Source: an uncultured Clostridia bacterium
Lineage (GTDB): Bacteria > Bacillota > Clostridia > Christensenellales > UBA1242
Assembly (NCBI GenBank): GCA_944381205.1
Contig: CALWKG010000005.1
Location: forward strand, 1 to 59,961
Direction: 5' to 3'
DNA length: 59,961 bases
The position numbers were made by a program, and so were the translations under genes. Under the pieces are notes generated by a model. The model searched no databases. It was not told where the DNA came from and saw nothing but the letters and a program-made list of their open reading frames with translations. Within the stretch, counting starts at the first letter, position 1. The number at the start of each line of letters is the position of its first letter. Of this stretch, positions 49,228-59,393 are shown piece by piece.

Positions 49228-52200
49228 TTAACTCACTTTTTTATCTTTTTTGTCTTCCGAAATCTTTATTGCATCTTCAAGTTTTACAGAAACAATCTTA
49301 CTTACACCAGGTTCTTCCATAGTAACTCCATACAAAGAGTCTGTTAACATCATAGTTGGCTTACGGTGAGTAATTACAATAAATTGCGTTTCCTTAGAAA
49401 AGTTTTTAAGGTATTGAGCAAACCTAGAAACGTTTGTATCGTCCAAAGCCGCCTCTATTTCGTCCAGCAGGCAGAAAGGCATAGGACGTAAACGCAAAAT
49501 CGCAAACAAAATTGCTATTGCGGTTAAAGCCTTTTCCCCACCACTAAGCAGTGTGATACTTTGCAACTTTTTCCCTGGTGGTTCGGCAATAATTTCCACC
49601 CCTGCTTGTAAAGGGTCTTCACTTTCTGTCAAAAGCAACTTTGCATTACCGCCCCCAAACAGTTCCCTAAACGTTCTAGAAAAGTTTTCTTGTATTTGGT
49701 GAAATGCTTCATCAAAGCGTGAAATCATTTCTTCCGACAAATCCTTTATTATTTTTTCGAGGTCTTCTTTGGCGGTAGTCAAGTCATTTGCTTGCGAACT
49801 TAATGCCTCGTACCTTTCCATAAGTTCCTTACAGTCTTCTATGGCATTTACATTTATATTGCCTAGTTTAGAAATTTCTTTTTTAAGCCTACTAATTTCA
49901 ATAAGCCCTTCTTTTACGTCAAAATTCTCTATTTTTAGTGGCAAACAAGATGCGTAAGTCAATTCGTAATCTTCATAAATTTTTTCCTGCATTGTTTCTA
50001 TATCTGTATCCACCTTACTTAAAGCAGCAGTTTGTTGATACTTTTTTTCTTGTATAAGATTAAGGTCGTTCATACCCTGAGTCTTTTTGTCGTCCAAATC
50101 ACGAATTGTCTGTTGCAACCCTTGTTTGCTTTGGTCAAGAGATGTAAGTCTTGCACGAGCATCTTGTATTTTTTGCCTTAACCCACTATCATCTACACTA
50201 TCCAAGGTTTCTTCCACCATACTTTTTGCAATGCTTAAATTTTCGTTCACTTTTGCCAAGCGAGTTTCCAAATCTACAATGTTAAAGTTTATTTGTTTTA
50301 AATATTCGTCAAGACGAGAAATTTCACTATTTATACTACTTAGTTCACCTTCCAGGGCAGTTTTTTGAACTTTCAACTCTGTTATCTCGCTTTGATAGGT
50401 ATCTCTCTTTGACCTGAGTTCGCTAAATAATTTTTGCGAATCGGCAAGTTTGCTATCCCCTTCGTCCTTAATATTTATATCCGAATTTACAAGTGCCTTG
50501 TTTATAACTTCTATTTTAGTTGTAAAATCAATCTTTTCTTGACTTAATGTTATGCGTTCTTTATCTAACTCGTCAACATAAATGCTAAGTTGCTCGTAAT
50601 TCTGATTAAGTCTTGCACTTTCAACTTGGGTATCTACTACCTTTTGCTGAATTTGTTTATAGTTTTCACTTAATTTTTTAATAGTTTCTTCCAACTTTAA
50701 TTTTTTTGCACTATACACATTGTAGGCATTTGTAAATTTTGATATTTGAGTGTTTAAATTTTCTATCTCATTATCTCTCATCAACAAATTAGAGGTCGCT
50801 GCCTTTTTGCTCCCGCCACTAATCGAACCTTGTGGATTAATAACCTCACCCTCTAACGTTACAATTCTAAAAGAATAGCCTGCTTGTCTAGCAAGAGATA
50901 TTGCACTATCGGTATTTTCTACAACAACAGTCCTTCCAAGCAAACTTTCAAAAATACTTCTTAACTTTACATCATAACTAATTACACTGCTAGCAACACC
51001 ATAAGTTTTGTTTCTCTTTACGATGCTTTGTTCAGCATCTGTTAACAGTCTAACTTTCATAGATGTGATTGGCAAAAAAGTCGCCCGTCCAAAGTTGTTA
51101 CGTTTTAGGTAGTTAATGAGATATTTTGCGTCTTCTTCGTTTTTAGTAATAATATCCTGTACTGCACCACCAAGAGCAACTTCTATTGCAGTTTCAAACC
51201 CCTTAGGAATATTCATACACGAAGCCACCAGCCCTACAATTTTTGACCTTAACTCTGCATTATTTTTTGCGTCGCCCATAAGACGTTTTACGGAATAATT
51301 AAATCCGTCATAATCCCGTTGCATATCTTCCAAAACTTTTTTTCTGTTTTGCAAAATTTGAATATTTGAAGAACATTGATTAATTTTTTCAACAATATCT
51401 CTTACTTCGTTTTGAACATTATCCAAATTCTGCCTTGAAAGATTTTCTTCATTCTGCAACTTTTCAAGCAATAAATTTTTATCATTTGCTTCTTTTTTTG
51501 CTGAGTTTAAAGACGATTCCTTTTCCTTAATCCTTTCCTGCAAAGTGTAAATTTTTTCGTCCAAATCGGTAATATTATTTAGGTAAGCATCTTTTTGGGC
51601 TTTTAAAGCGGAAATATTTGACTTTATATCAGTCATTTTGCTTAACTCGTCAATCATTTCCTTTTGCCTTTTAGTTGCTTCGTCTTCCACACCGGTTAAC
51701 TCGTCGACAATTTTTAGATACTTTTCAGTTGTATCGTCTAATTTAAAGTTAACTTCGTTTAATTCCTGCTCTTTGCTTTCTTTTAAATTTTCCGCTTCTT
51801 TAATTAGTTTTAAAGAGTTTTCCTTATTAAGCAATTCTTTTTCATATTCTGCCTCAGTGCCCGACTTGTCATCTTGCAAAAATTTAAGCCTTTCCTTTAC
51901 AACATTACTTTCGCCAGTACGTTTTTCTAGTTCCACAGTGGTAGACAAAATATAATCATTAGTATCCTGAATAGTTTTATCTATTTGTGAAACCTCTTGC
52001 ATTTTTTCGTCATACTCTTTTTGCAAAGAATCTAATGCGGTTTGCTTTATTTCTATTTCTTCATTATACCCATCTATTTTGGTTTGAATTTCTGCTTTAA
52101 CAGAACTAGCATTGTCATACTGATTAACGTAAACGTTTACCTCCAAACTCTTTAACTGTTCCTTAAAACCAAGATAAAGTTTCGCATTTTCAGACTGCTT

Positions 52201-52818
52201 TTTTAGTGGCCCTAATTGTCTTTCCTGCTCCTGCAAGACATCTAGGGCACGATTAAGGTTCTCTTGCGTTCTATCAAGTTTACGTTCCGCTTCTATTTTT
52301 CTTTGTTTAAACTTTGCAATACCCGCCGCTTCTTCAAAAATAGCCCTCCTATTTTCTGGCTTGGCACTTATAATTTCTTCTACCTTACCTTGTCCAATAA
52401 TAGAATATCCTTCTTTACCAATACCCGAGTCGTGCAAAGCGTTAGTGATGTCCTTTAACCTGCAAGGAGTACCATTAATTAAGTATTCACTTTCCCCTGA
52501 CCTGTATAGTTTGCGAGTAAAAGCGACCTCATCAAAATTAAGGTCAAACATTCTGCTAGAATTATCAAAAAATAGCGACACTTCACAATAAGACATACTT
52601 TTACGCCTTTCGGTGCCGTTAAAAATGACGTCTTGCATATTACTACTACGCAATAACTTTGTGCTCTGCTCCCCCAGCACCCACCTTATTGCGTCCGAAA
52701 CATTTGACTTCCCACACCCGTTAGGTCCAACAATACCCGTTATACCAGAGTCAAATTTAATTTCTAGTTTATCTGCAAAACTTTTAAATCCTACAAGTTC
52801 TATCTTCTTAAAATTCAA
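49228..52818 (-). CDS. smc: Chromosome segregation protein SMC
   Basis: GFKSF, GPNGCGKSN, hinge GRATFLP, LSGGEK, LDEIEAALD. TTG start. Confidence 0.98.
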   Translation of the reverse strand: MNFKKIELVGFKSFADKLEIKFDSGITGIVGPNGCGKSNVSDAIRWVLGEQSTKLLRSSNMQDVIFNGTERRKSMSYCEVSLFFDNSSRMFDLNFDEVAFTRKLYRSGESEYLINGTPCRLKDITNALHDSGIGKEGYSIIGQGKVEEIISAKPENRRAIFEEAAGIAKFKQRKIEAERKLDRTQENLNRALDVLQEQERQLGPLKKQSENAKLYLGFKEQLKSLEVNVYVNQYDNASSVKAEIQTKIDGYNEEIEIKQTALDSLQKEYDEKMQEVSQIDKTIQDTNDYILSTTVELEKRTGESNVVKERLKFLQDDKSGTEAEYEKELLNKENSLKLIKEAENLKESKEQELNEVNFKLDDTTEKYLKIVDELTGVEDEATKRQKEMIDELSKMTDIKSNISALKAQKDAYLNNITDLDEKIYTLQERIKEKESSLNSAKKEANDKNLLLEKLQNEENLSRQNLDNVQNEVRDIVEKINQCSSNIQILQNRKKVLEDMQRDYDGFNYSVKRLMGDAKNNAELRSKIVGLVASCMNIPKGFETAIEVALGGAVQDIITKNEEDAKYLINYLKRNNFGRATFLPITSMKVRLLTDAEQSIVKRNKTYGVASSVISYDVKLRSIFESLLGRTVVVENTDSAISLARQAGYSFRIVTLEGEVINPQGSISGGSKKAATSNLLMRDNEIENLNTQISKFTNAYNVYSAKKLKLEETIKKLSENYKQIQQKVVDTQVESARLNQNYEQLSIYVDELDKERITLSQEKIDFTTKIEVINKALVNSDINIKDEGDSKLADSQKLFSELRSKRDTYQSEITELKVQKTALEGELSSINSEISRLDEYLKQINFNIVDLETRLAKVNENLSIAKSMVEETLDSVDDSGLRQKIQDARARLTSLDQSKQGLQQTIRDLDDKKTQGMNDLNLIQEKKYQQTAALSKVDTDIETMQEKIYEDYELTYASCLPLKIENFDVKEGLIEISRLKKEISKLGNINVNAIEDCKELMERYEALSSQANDLTTAKEDLEKIIKDLSEEMISRFDEAFHQIQENFSRTFRELFGGGNAKLLLTESEDPLQAGVEIIAEPPGKKLQSITLLSGGEKALTAIAILFAILRLRPMPFCLLDEIEAALDDTNVSRFAQYLKNFSKETQFIVITHRKPTMMLTDSLYGVTMEEPGVSKIVSVKLEDAIKISEDKKDKKVS

Positions 52819-52832
52819 CTTTTCCCTTTCCT

Positions 52833-53516
52833 TTATCCTAAAATTTTTTCAAGAGTTTTTTCATCTAGCATAGCCAATCTTGCGCACTCCATTTGAGCAG
52901 TCTTTTTATTTTTTGAAAACGCGCGAGCAACAAAAACATCGTTTATGTATACCTCTGCGCAAAAATCTCCGTTGTTGGTCGGGTCTTCGTACGTAAAGTA
53001 TACTAAGTTTGACCCTTTTATCCTTTGGACTTTCTCTTGCAACAAGGATTTATAATCTATCAAAGTCACTTTGTTAAAGGAAGTGTTTACATCAATAAAC
53101 CTTGTTATAAATCTGCGTGCCTTGTCTAGACTACTATCTATATAAATCGCCCCAACAATGCTTTCGAATAGGTCTTCTTTAATAGAGTTCGCATTATCTA
53201 ACGATTTGACTGAATCTCCCACTCTAATAAAACTAGACAATTTTAAATTATCTATTATTTTTATCAAACTACTGCTATTAACCAGCCTTGCCCTGCTCTT
53301 AGACAACTCGCCCTCTTTTAAATTGCTTTTATTGTACAATTCACTTGCAATTACAAAATCTAAAATTGCATCTCCTAAAAACTCCAATCTTTCGTAACTA
53401 GTACAACCATGCTGATTTGCGTATGACGAATGAGTAAAGGCTTCCACCAGGTTAGCCTTGTCTTTAAAAGAATAGTGAATTATCTTTTCTATTTTTTTTA
53501 TATCACTGCTGTTCAT
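52833..53516 (-). CDS. rnc: Ribonuclease III
   Basis: YERLEFLGDA, DLFESIVGAIY, dsRBD DYKS.LQE. Confidence 0.96.
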   Translation of the reverse strand: MNSSDIKKIEKIIHYSFKDKANLVEAFTHSSYANQHGCTSYERLEFLGDAILDFVIASELYNKSNLKEGELSKSRARLVNSSSLIKIIDNLKLSSFIRVGDSVKSLDNANSIKEDLFESIVGAIYIDSSLDKARRFITRFIDVNTSFNKVTLIDYKSLLQEKVQRIKGSNLVYFTYEDPTNNGDFCAEVYINDVFVARAFSKNKKTAQMECARLAMLDEKTLEKILG

Positions 53517-54525
53517 CAAGACCATCTCCTATATTTTTTACCTGTTCTTCAATTTTTTTGCATAGGTCAAAATTTGCTAATGTTCTAACCTGTAAAATAC
53601 ACTTTTCAAACGCAACAGCATCAGATGAGCCGTGTCCTTTTACAATTAATTTTTTTACACCCAAAAATGTTGCCCCGCCATAGTTACTTATATTAAAGGT
53701 TTCTTTCATTTTTTTAAAAGTGCCCTTCATAAACAAAGCCCCTATTTTGCTTGCAAAGGAATCCTTTATGTTTTGTTTTAGTTCTGACATAACAAATTTT
53801 ACAGCCCCTTCAATACTTTTTAACAAAACATTGCCATCAAAGCCATCGGCTACCACCACATCATACTTTCCGCTTAAAAAATCTTTTGCTTCCATATTTC
53901 CTACGAAATTAATGGGTAGTTTGCTAAGTAACTTAAAGCACTCGTGACTAAACTCATTCCCTTTTTTATCTTCCGTACCAATGTTAAGTAATGCCACTTT
54001 AGGATTTTCTATTCCCAAAAACGCAGTAGAATAAATTGATGCCATTATTGCAAAATGACACAAATTTATTGGTTTACAATCGGTGTTTGCCCCAGAATCT
54101 ATTAGCAAAACCTTACCGCCTGTTTTTGTTGGCAACATTGGACAAAGGGCAGGTCTAGAAATTCCACGAATACGACCTATTTTCATAAAGGCGCCCGTAA
54201 GTACCGCCCCCGTGCTACCACAAGATACCAACCCCACTACTTCCTTATCTTCTTTTAACACATCATAGGCTCTAACAAGGCTAGAATCTTTTTTCTTCCT
54301 AACCGCCTCCGTTGGTGACTCTTCATTTGTAATAATTTGACTTGCAGGAACAATTTCTATACGAGTTTCATCATAATCTAATAATGACAAAATATGTTTA
54401 ATTTCTTCTTCAACACCTACAAGTACAATTTTTACATCTTCGTGTTCATTTACTACTTTGACACTTGCTTCTACCGCAACTTTTGCCCCAAGGTCATTGC
54501 CGTGGCAATCTACTACTATCTTCAT
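53503..54525 (-). CDS. plsX: Phosphate acyltransferase PlsX
   Basis: IVVD..G.D, S.GSTGA, RPAL, DSGAN, LNIGTE..KG, DGFDGN, KGHGSS. Confidence 0.96.
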   Translation of the reverse strand: MKIVVDCHGNDLGAKVAVEASVKVVNEHEDVKIVLVGVEEEIKHILSLLDYDETRIEIVPASQIITNEESPTEAVRKKKDSSLVRAYDVLKEDKEVVGLVSCGSTGAVLTGAFMKIGRIRGISRPALCPMLPTKTGGKVLLIDSGANTDCKPINLCHFAIMASIYSTAFLGIENPKVALLNIGTEDKKGNEFSHECFKLLSKLPINFVGNMEAKDFLSGKYDVVVADGFDGNVLLKSIEGAVKFVMSELKQNIKDSFASKIGALFMKGTFKKMKETFNISNYGGATFLGVKKLIVKGHGSSDAVAFEKCILQVRTLANFDLCKKIEEQVKNIGDGLDEQQ

Positions 54526-54640
54526 AAAAAGTTCTCCATTAATAAACAAAAAAATTTATAGCACAAACTAAATGGGCTATTTACAATTTAAAAAAAACTA
54601 TACATTGTTATTATACACACAATAAACGATATTTCCAAAC

Positions 54641-54674
54641 AAAAAAAGCAATAAATAATCAAAATTTATTGCTT
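54641..54674 (-). terminator. Terminator after lysC
   Basis: AGCAATAAAT...ATTTATTGCT stem with U-tract on the minus strand. Confidence 0.6.
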
Positions 54675-54751
54675 ATTCATAACTACGTCGATAGTATATA
54701 ATATCAATCTAGAAACTAGCCCTATCTCTTTACTTATTTGAAATAAAATTT

Positions 54752-55969
54752 TTAATATGTCAAGATTTTTTCATAAATATGATTTAATACTTTTTCTCCG
54801 TCATTTACCCCAAAGCACACTGAATTATCTTCCTTTACTAAAAATAAAATCTCTTGGTCTAACTGAGATAAAACATTAAATAAAATAACGCTTTTATCGT
54901 AACTTAAATTCAAAATATTTATAACGTCAATCTCAACACTTTTCGTACAGGTTTTGTATTCTTGCAATTCTCTATTTGCCAAAATACAAAGACAATCTAA
55001 CCCTTCTATTATTTTTATAACTTTTACTTGGTTTAAAATACTTCTAATACTCTCTATGTTTGAACTAATAGAATTTGATTTGAAAACCGAAAAATATAGC
55101 CCCTTTTGCAAATTTAACATTACACCATTATATTTATCCTTGTTAGCCACAATAGTACCAAAGTTAGATGGGTTAAAGGTGTTTTTTATGTTTAAAACTA
55201 TATTGTTTTCCTGCAAAAACTTAATGCAATCTGCGTGCAAAACCTGAGCCCCGCAATTTGCAAGCAACTTTAAATCTTGATAGTTAAGACTATCTATCTT
55301 GCGAGCCTTTTTACATACATTCGGGTCTACATCAAAAACTCCATCTACATCGGTATAATTTTGATATAACTTTGATTTTAAAAGAACCGCCATAATCGCC
55401 CCAGTTATATCAGAACCACCGCGAGAAAATAACTTAATTTTTTGCTTTTTTTCTCCATAAAAACCCGGCACAACAAAATAATTCTCCGTGTTAAAAAAAT
55501 CTAAACTTGCGGTTTTAGAGGCTGTAATGTCAACATTTCCCATACTATCAAATTTTATTATGTCCTTTGCGTCAATAAAATTGAAGGCTAATACCTTTGC
55601 AATAATCTTAGCACAAAGGTATTCCCCGCGAGATAAAACAAAGTCATAATCTTTTGCTTCCTTTAAAGCCTTTTTTAACTCTTTAAAATCGTGCATTAGG
55701 CTTATTTTTATCCCTAAACCTTTTATTATTTCTTTATATCTTTTTACAATTTCTTGGTAAATTTCGCTAAACTTCTTATTGTTGCTTGAACTGTAAAATG
55801 CTTTTATAAGCAAGTCTGTAATCTTTGTATCATTTTTAAATCTCTTTCCTGGGGCGGAAACCACAACGCACTTAATATTTTTGTTGCCTTTTACAATTTC
55901 ACAAACTTTTTTTATGCTTTCCACACTCGCCAAAGACGTTCCGCCAAATTTACAAACAATACAATCCAT
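54752..55969 (-). CDS. lysC: Aspartate kinase
   Basis: KFGGTS, VVSAPG, SRGE, FSRGGSDITG, TDVDG. Confidence 0.9.
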   Translation of the reverse strand: MDCIVCKFGGTSLASVESIKKVCEIVKGNKNIKCVVVSAPGKRFKNDTKITDLLIKAFYSSSNNKKFSEIYQEIVKRYKEIIKGLGIKISLMHDFKELKKALKEAKDYDFVLSRGEYLCAKIIAKVLAFNFIDAKDIIKFDSMGNVDITASKTASLDFFNTENYFVVPGFYGEKKQKIKLFSRGGSDITGAIMAVLLKSKLYQNYTDVDGVFDVDPNVCKKARKIDSLNYQDLKLLANCGAQVLHADCIKFLQENNIVLNIKNTFNPSNFGTIVANKDKYNGVMLNLQKGLYFSVFKSNSISSNIESIRSILNQVKVIKIIEGLDCLCILANRELQEYKTCTKSVEIDVINILNLSYDKSVILFNVLSQLDQEILFLVKEDNSVCFGVNDGEKVLNHIYEKILTY

Positions 55970-56191
55970 TTTTACTCCACAAAAATTAATTTACATACTA
56001 TAAAATTATTGATTTTTGGATAGAAACTCAGTAATCTACATATTTTATCGTTAAAATTCGCAATATAAGGGTAGAATTTTAACAATTAGTTTATAAATTA
56101 CAAAGTTCTCATAAGGTTTAAACTTTTTAATAATTAAAAAATCTTATCCTACTTTTTCATATTGCAATTATTTTAACCTAAAATATTTTAT

Positions 56192-56917
56192 TCATTTTAA
56201 ATCCAAAATGTTATCATATAACCCTGCGGGTTTATCCTTTATATAATCTAATGCAAGCATCGCCCCGTAAGCAAAACTATCACGTGAGAAGGCAGTGTGT
56301 TCTATTTTTATTTTGTCAAACATACCCAAAAATTCTACACAATGCTCTCCAACCACTCCACCACCGCGCAAAGAATGTACAGTTAATTTATTAGAAAGTT
56401 CGCCCACATCTAGTTTTGTTTGATTTATAGCCTTTACAATATTAAGAGCAGTACCACTGGGGGCATCTAATTTCTTTTTATGATGAGTTTCCACCACTTC
56501 TATATCATATCCTGTCAACTTTGATGTCAAATATTTAACCGCTTGCGTAAAAACCGCCACACCAAAACTAAAATTAGCACACTTAAAAATAGGTATGTGT
56601 TTGCTAGCAAGAATAATATCCTGTTCCTGCGTTCTACTAAATCCAGTAGTTGCAATAACAAGGGGAATCTTATGACTTACACAAAAGTTTAAGACTCCCC
56701 CTAAGGCAGAAGTGTTAGAAAAATCTAACACGACATCACAATTTTTTGCTAAGAAAATATTTGACATTAAACACACATCATTATTTGTTTTATAATTTAA
56801 AATTTTTGTATTATTATCCACCCCACAAGTTACTTTTTTATCTCCACCACTACTTTTAATCAAATTATAAACCGCCTGCCCCATTTTACCACAAAAACCA
56901 TTTAATAAAATATTCAA
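56192..56917 (-). CDS. dapB: 4-hydroxy-tetrahydrodipicolinate reductase
   Basis: G..GKMG, DFS, ATTG, ETHHKKKLDAPSGTA. Confidence 0.96.
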   Translation of the reverse strand: MNILLNGFCGKMGQAVYNLIKSSGGDKKVTCGVDNNTKILNYKTNNDVCLMSNIFLAKNCDVVLDFSNTSALGGVLNFCVSHKIPLVIATTGFSRTQEQDIILASKHIPIFKCANFSFGVAVFTQAVKYLTSKLTGYDIEVVETHHKKKLDAPSGTALNIVKAINQTKLDVGELSNKLTVHSLRGGGVVGEHCVEFLGMFDKIKIEHTAFSRDSFAYGAMLALDYIKDKPAGLYDNILDLK

Positions 56918-56989
56918 ATTACTATTCCCCCAAAAATTATTTGTTATATTTTTATTAGTTTTTGTAGTAATTTATTATTAAAATAACCT

Positions 56990-57160
56990 ATTTTTTTTCA
57001 AAAAAATTATCATTTTTTTAGTATTTTTTATTAAATTTTTAGCGTTTTTTTAACGTTTTTTATCTTTTTTTATTGAAATTTTAGTGTTTTTTTATTAAAA
57101 AATCATTGTTTTTTTATTAAATATTTTTAATTTTTTATCAAAAAATTTAGTTTTTTTAAC
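56990..57160. repeat. Low-complexity phased T-tract array
   Basis: T5-T7 tracts recurring about every 11-12 nt between dapA and dapB. Confidence 0.55.
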
Positions 57161-58059
57161 TACTTAATTTTACTATTCTTATGATTATATATCTCAAACA
57201 ACGCACTATAAACTTTATTTTCATACTCTTTACTAAGGCTTGTTAATGGTAATCGTAAAGTGTTTTGGCACAAGTTTAATAGACTTAACGCATATTTTAC
57301 AGGTATTGGATTCACTTCTACAAACAGAGCCTTATTTATATCCCTTAACTGTTTTTGAACTGAGTATGCCAAATTAAACTTACCTTTTAACGTATTGTTT
57401 ATAACCTGACTTACTTCCCTAGGACAGACATTGCTTGTTACACTTATACACCCCTTTCCCCCGAGTGTCATAAAAACATAGTTTAAGCCATCTTCACCAG
57501 AATATATGGCGATTTTATCTTTTAGCAAATAAAAATCTTCTGTTATCTGATTTATGTCGCCATTTGCTTCTTTAAGTCCAAAAATATTACTAAAACTACT
57601 TATTTGTTCCATTGTCTTTGGCAAAATATTTACCCCTGTTCTTCCCGGGACGTTATAAACTATTATTGGAGTGCTTACATTATCGTTTATTATTTTATAA
57701 TGTTTAATAAGCCCTTGCTGTGTACATTTATTATAATAAGGAGTAACTATTAAAAAGCCATCTACTCCTATTTTTTCTACACTTTTACAAAAACTAACTA
57801 CTTTTTTTGTATCATTGTCTCCTGCCCCAACAATTAATTTTGTATTACCCTTTATTTTTTGCTTACAAAATCTAACGATATTCAACTTTTCCTTTTTTGT
57901 TAGGGTAGATGGTTCCCCCGTAGTACCTAAGGCTATTATTGCTTTTACTCCGTTATTTAACTGAAACTCTATTAGTTCCCCTAATTTGTCATAGTCTACT
58001 TTGTCTTTTTTAAAAGGAGTAATAATGGCAGTCCCAACACCATCAAAAATACATTTCAT
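57160..58059 (-). CDS. dapA: 4-hydroxy-tetrahydrodipicolinate synthase
   Basis: GTTGE, PYYNK, YNVPGRTG, Schiff-base GLKEA, NPIPVK. Confidence 0.97.
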   Translation of the reverse strand: MKCIFDGVGTAIITPFKKDKVDYDKLGELIEFQLNNGVKAIIALGTTGEPSTLTKKEKLNIVRFCKQKIKGNTKLIVGAGDNDTKKVVSFCKSVEKIGVDGFLIVTPYYNKCTQQGLIKHYKIINDNVSTPIIVYNVPGRTGVNILPKTMEQISSFSNIFGLKEANGDINQITEDFYLLKDKIAIYSGEDGLNYVFMTLGGKGCISVTSNVCPREVSQVINNTLKGKFNLAYSVQKQLRDINKALFVEVNPIPVKYALSLLNLCQNTLRLPLTSLSKEYENKVYSALFEIYNHKNSKIK

Positions 58060-59058
58060 TTATATCTCTCCCTTGTTTTTATAATCAATTAATGCCTGCA
58101 AAATTTGAATGGCATTGGTTGCGGCACCTTTTCTAATGTTATCGCTTGCAACCCAAAAATTAAGGGCATTAGTTTCAGAATAATCCCTTCTTATCCTACC
58201 CACAAAAACTTCGTCCTTTTCGTTTGCAAAAATAGGCATTGGATAAAGATTTTTTGAAGGGTTATCTAATACAATTATATTCTTAGCAAGGCTTAATTGT
58301 TTTTTTACACTAGACGTTTTAAATGCTTTTTTTAACTGTACATTAACACTTAAACAATGAACATTTTCTACTGGAACCCTTACCGCCGTGGCAGTAAGGG
58401 CAATGTTTGTATGCAAGATTTTATTTGTTTCAAAAATCATTTTATCTTCTTCCTTAGTGTAGTCCCCCTTTACAAAAACATCTATGTGTGGTATTAAATT
58501 ATTAAAAATAGGATAAATAAATTTTTGTGGTTTTAAGCCATTAATACCATTTTTTAAATCATCACACCCTTTTTGCCCTGCACCAGAAACCGCCTGATAA
58601 GTGGATACTACAACTCTTTTTACCCCATATTTATCATTTAAAACTTTTAGTGGCAAAACTAAACCTATTGTTGAACAATTTGGATTTGCTATAATTCCGC
58701 GGTTTAACAAGATGTCTTCTTTATTGGCTTCTACAACCACCAAAGGAACACTTTTATCCCGCCTAAAAGCACTGGAATTATCTATTACAATTGCACCATA
58801 ACGCACAAAAATAGGTGCAAATTTTTTAGATATTGTGCCACCTGCGGAAAATAAAGCATAGTCAATTTTTTTGTTTTTTATATTTTCTTCACTTAATTCT
58901 AGTACTTCTATATCACAATCAAAAACCTTTAATTTTTTACCCTTACTTTTCGAACTAGCATAAAGATAAAAATTATCTGCCTTGATACATCTTTCTTCCA
59001 AAACTTCAATAAACTTTTGCCCCACTTTGCCCGTTGCACCAACTATTGCAATATTCAT
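58060..59058 (-). CDS. asd: Aspartate-semialdehyde dehydrogenase
   Basis: GATGKVG, DNSSAFR, ANPNCST, YQAVSGAG, DNIRKGAA. Start MNIAIV after AAAGGAG. Confidence 0.97.
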   Translation of the reverse strand: MNIAIVGATGKVGQKFIEVLEERCIKADNFYLYASSKSKGKKLKVFDCDIEVLELSEENIKNKKIDYALFSAGGTISKKFAPIFVRYGAIVIDNSSAFRRDKSVPLVVVEANKEDILLNRGIIANPNCSTIGLVLPLKVLNDKYGVKRVVVSTYQAVSGAGQKGCDDLKNGINGLKPQKFIYPIFNNLIPHIDVFVKGDYTKEEDKMIFETNKILHTNIALTATAVRVPVENVHCLSVNVQLKKAFKTSSVKKQLSLAKNIIVLDNPSKNLYPMPIFANEKDEVFVGRIRRDYSETNALNFWVASDNIRKGAATNAIQILQALIDYKNKGEI

Positions 59059-59277
59059 TTTAATCTCCTTTATACCAAAGTTTTGCATTAAAAAGTTATT
59101 AAAGGAGTTCTATAAAAACACCTTTTTTAGAAGTAAAATAAATTTTAAAACTACTTCCAAATCAGCATATTCATAGTTGCCTATTGGTTGTGACTAAACA
59201 AACAATAAAAACAACTACTATGGGGCTTAAAATTAAAATAGATTAATAGCATTATTTTTATATAGAATTTAAAATAG

Positions 59278-59305
59278 AACACCCTGTCTTTTTAGACAGG
59301 GTGTT
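59278..59305 (-). terminator. Perfect 12-bp hairpin, likely terminator of the upstream gene
   Basis: AACACCCTGTCT-TTTT-AGACAGGGTGTT. Confidence 0.7.
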
Positions 59306-59393
59306 AGTCATATAAAAAAATTTTTAGAAGTTTCTATAAAAACACAAATTAAAGTAAAAACTAATTAAATTTTTTTCACTAAAATTTTATTTA

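Noticed and set aside
202-59176. Numerous short antisense or nested ORFs in the track (e.g. 3542-3937, 10068-10589, 28450-28899, 45318-45683)
   Set aside because: They are shadows of well-supported genes on the opposite strand and have no SD or recognisable motifs.
59100-59270. Lysine riboswitch upstream of asd
   Set aside because: No AGAGGNGC-type 5' motif or multi-helix structure is visible.
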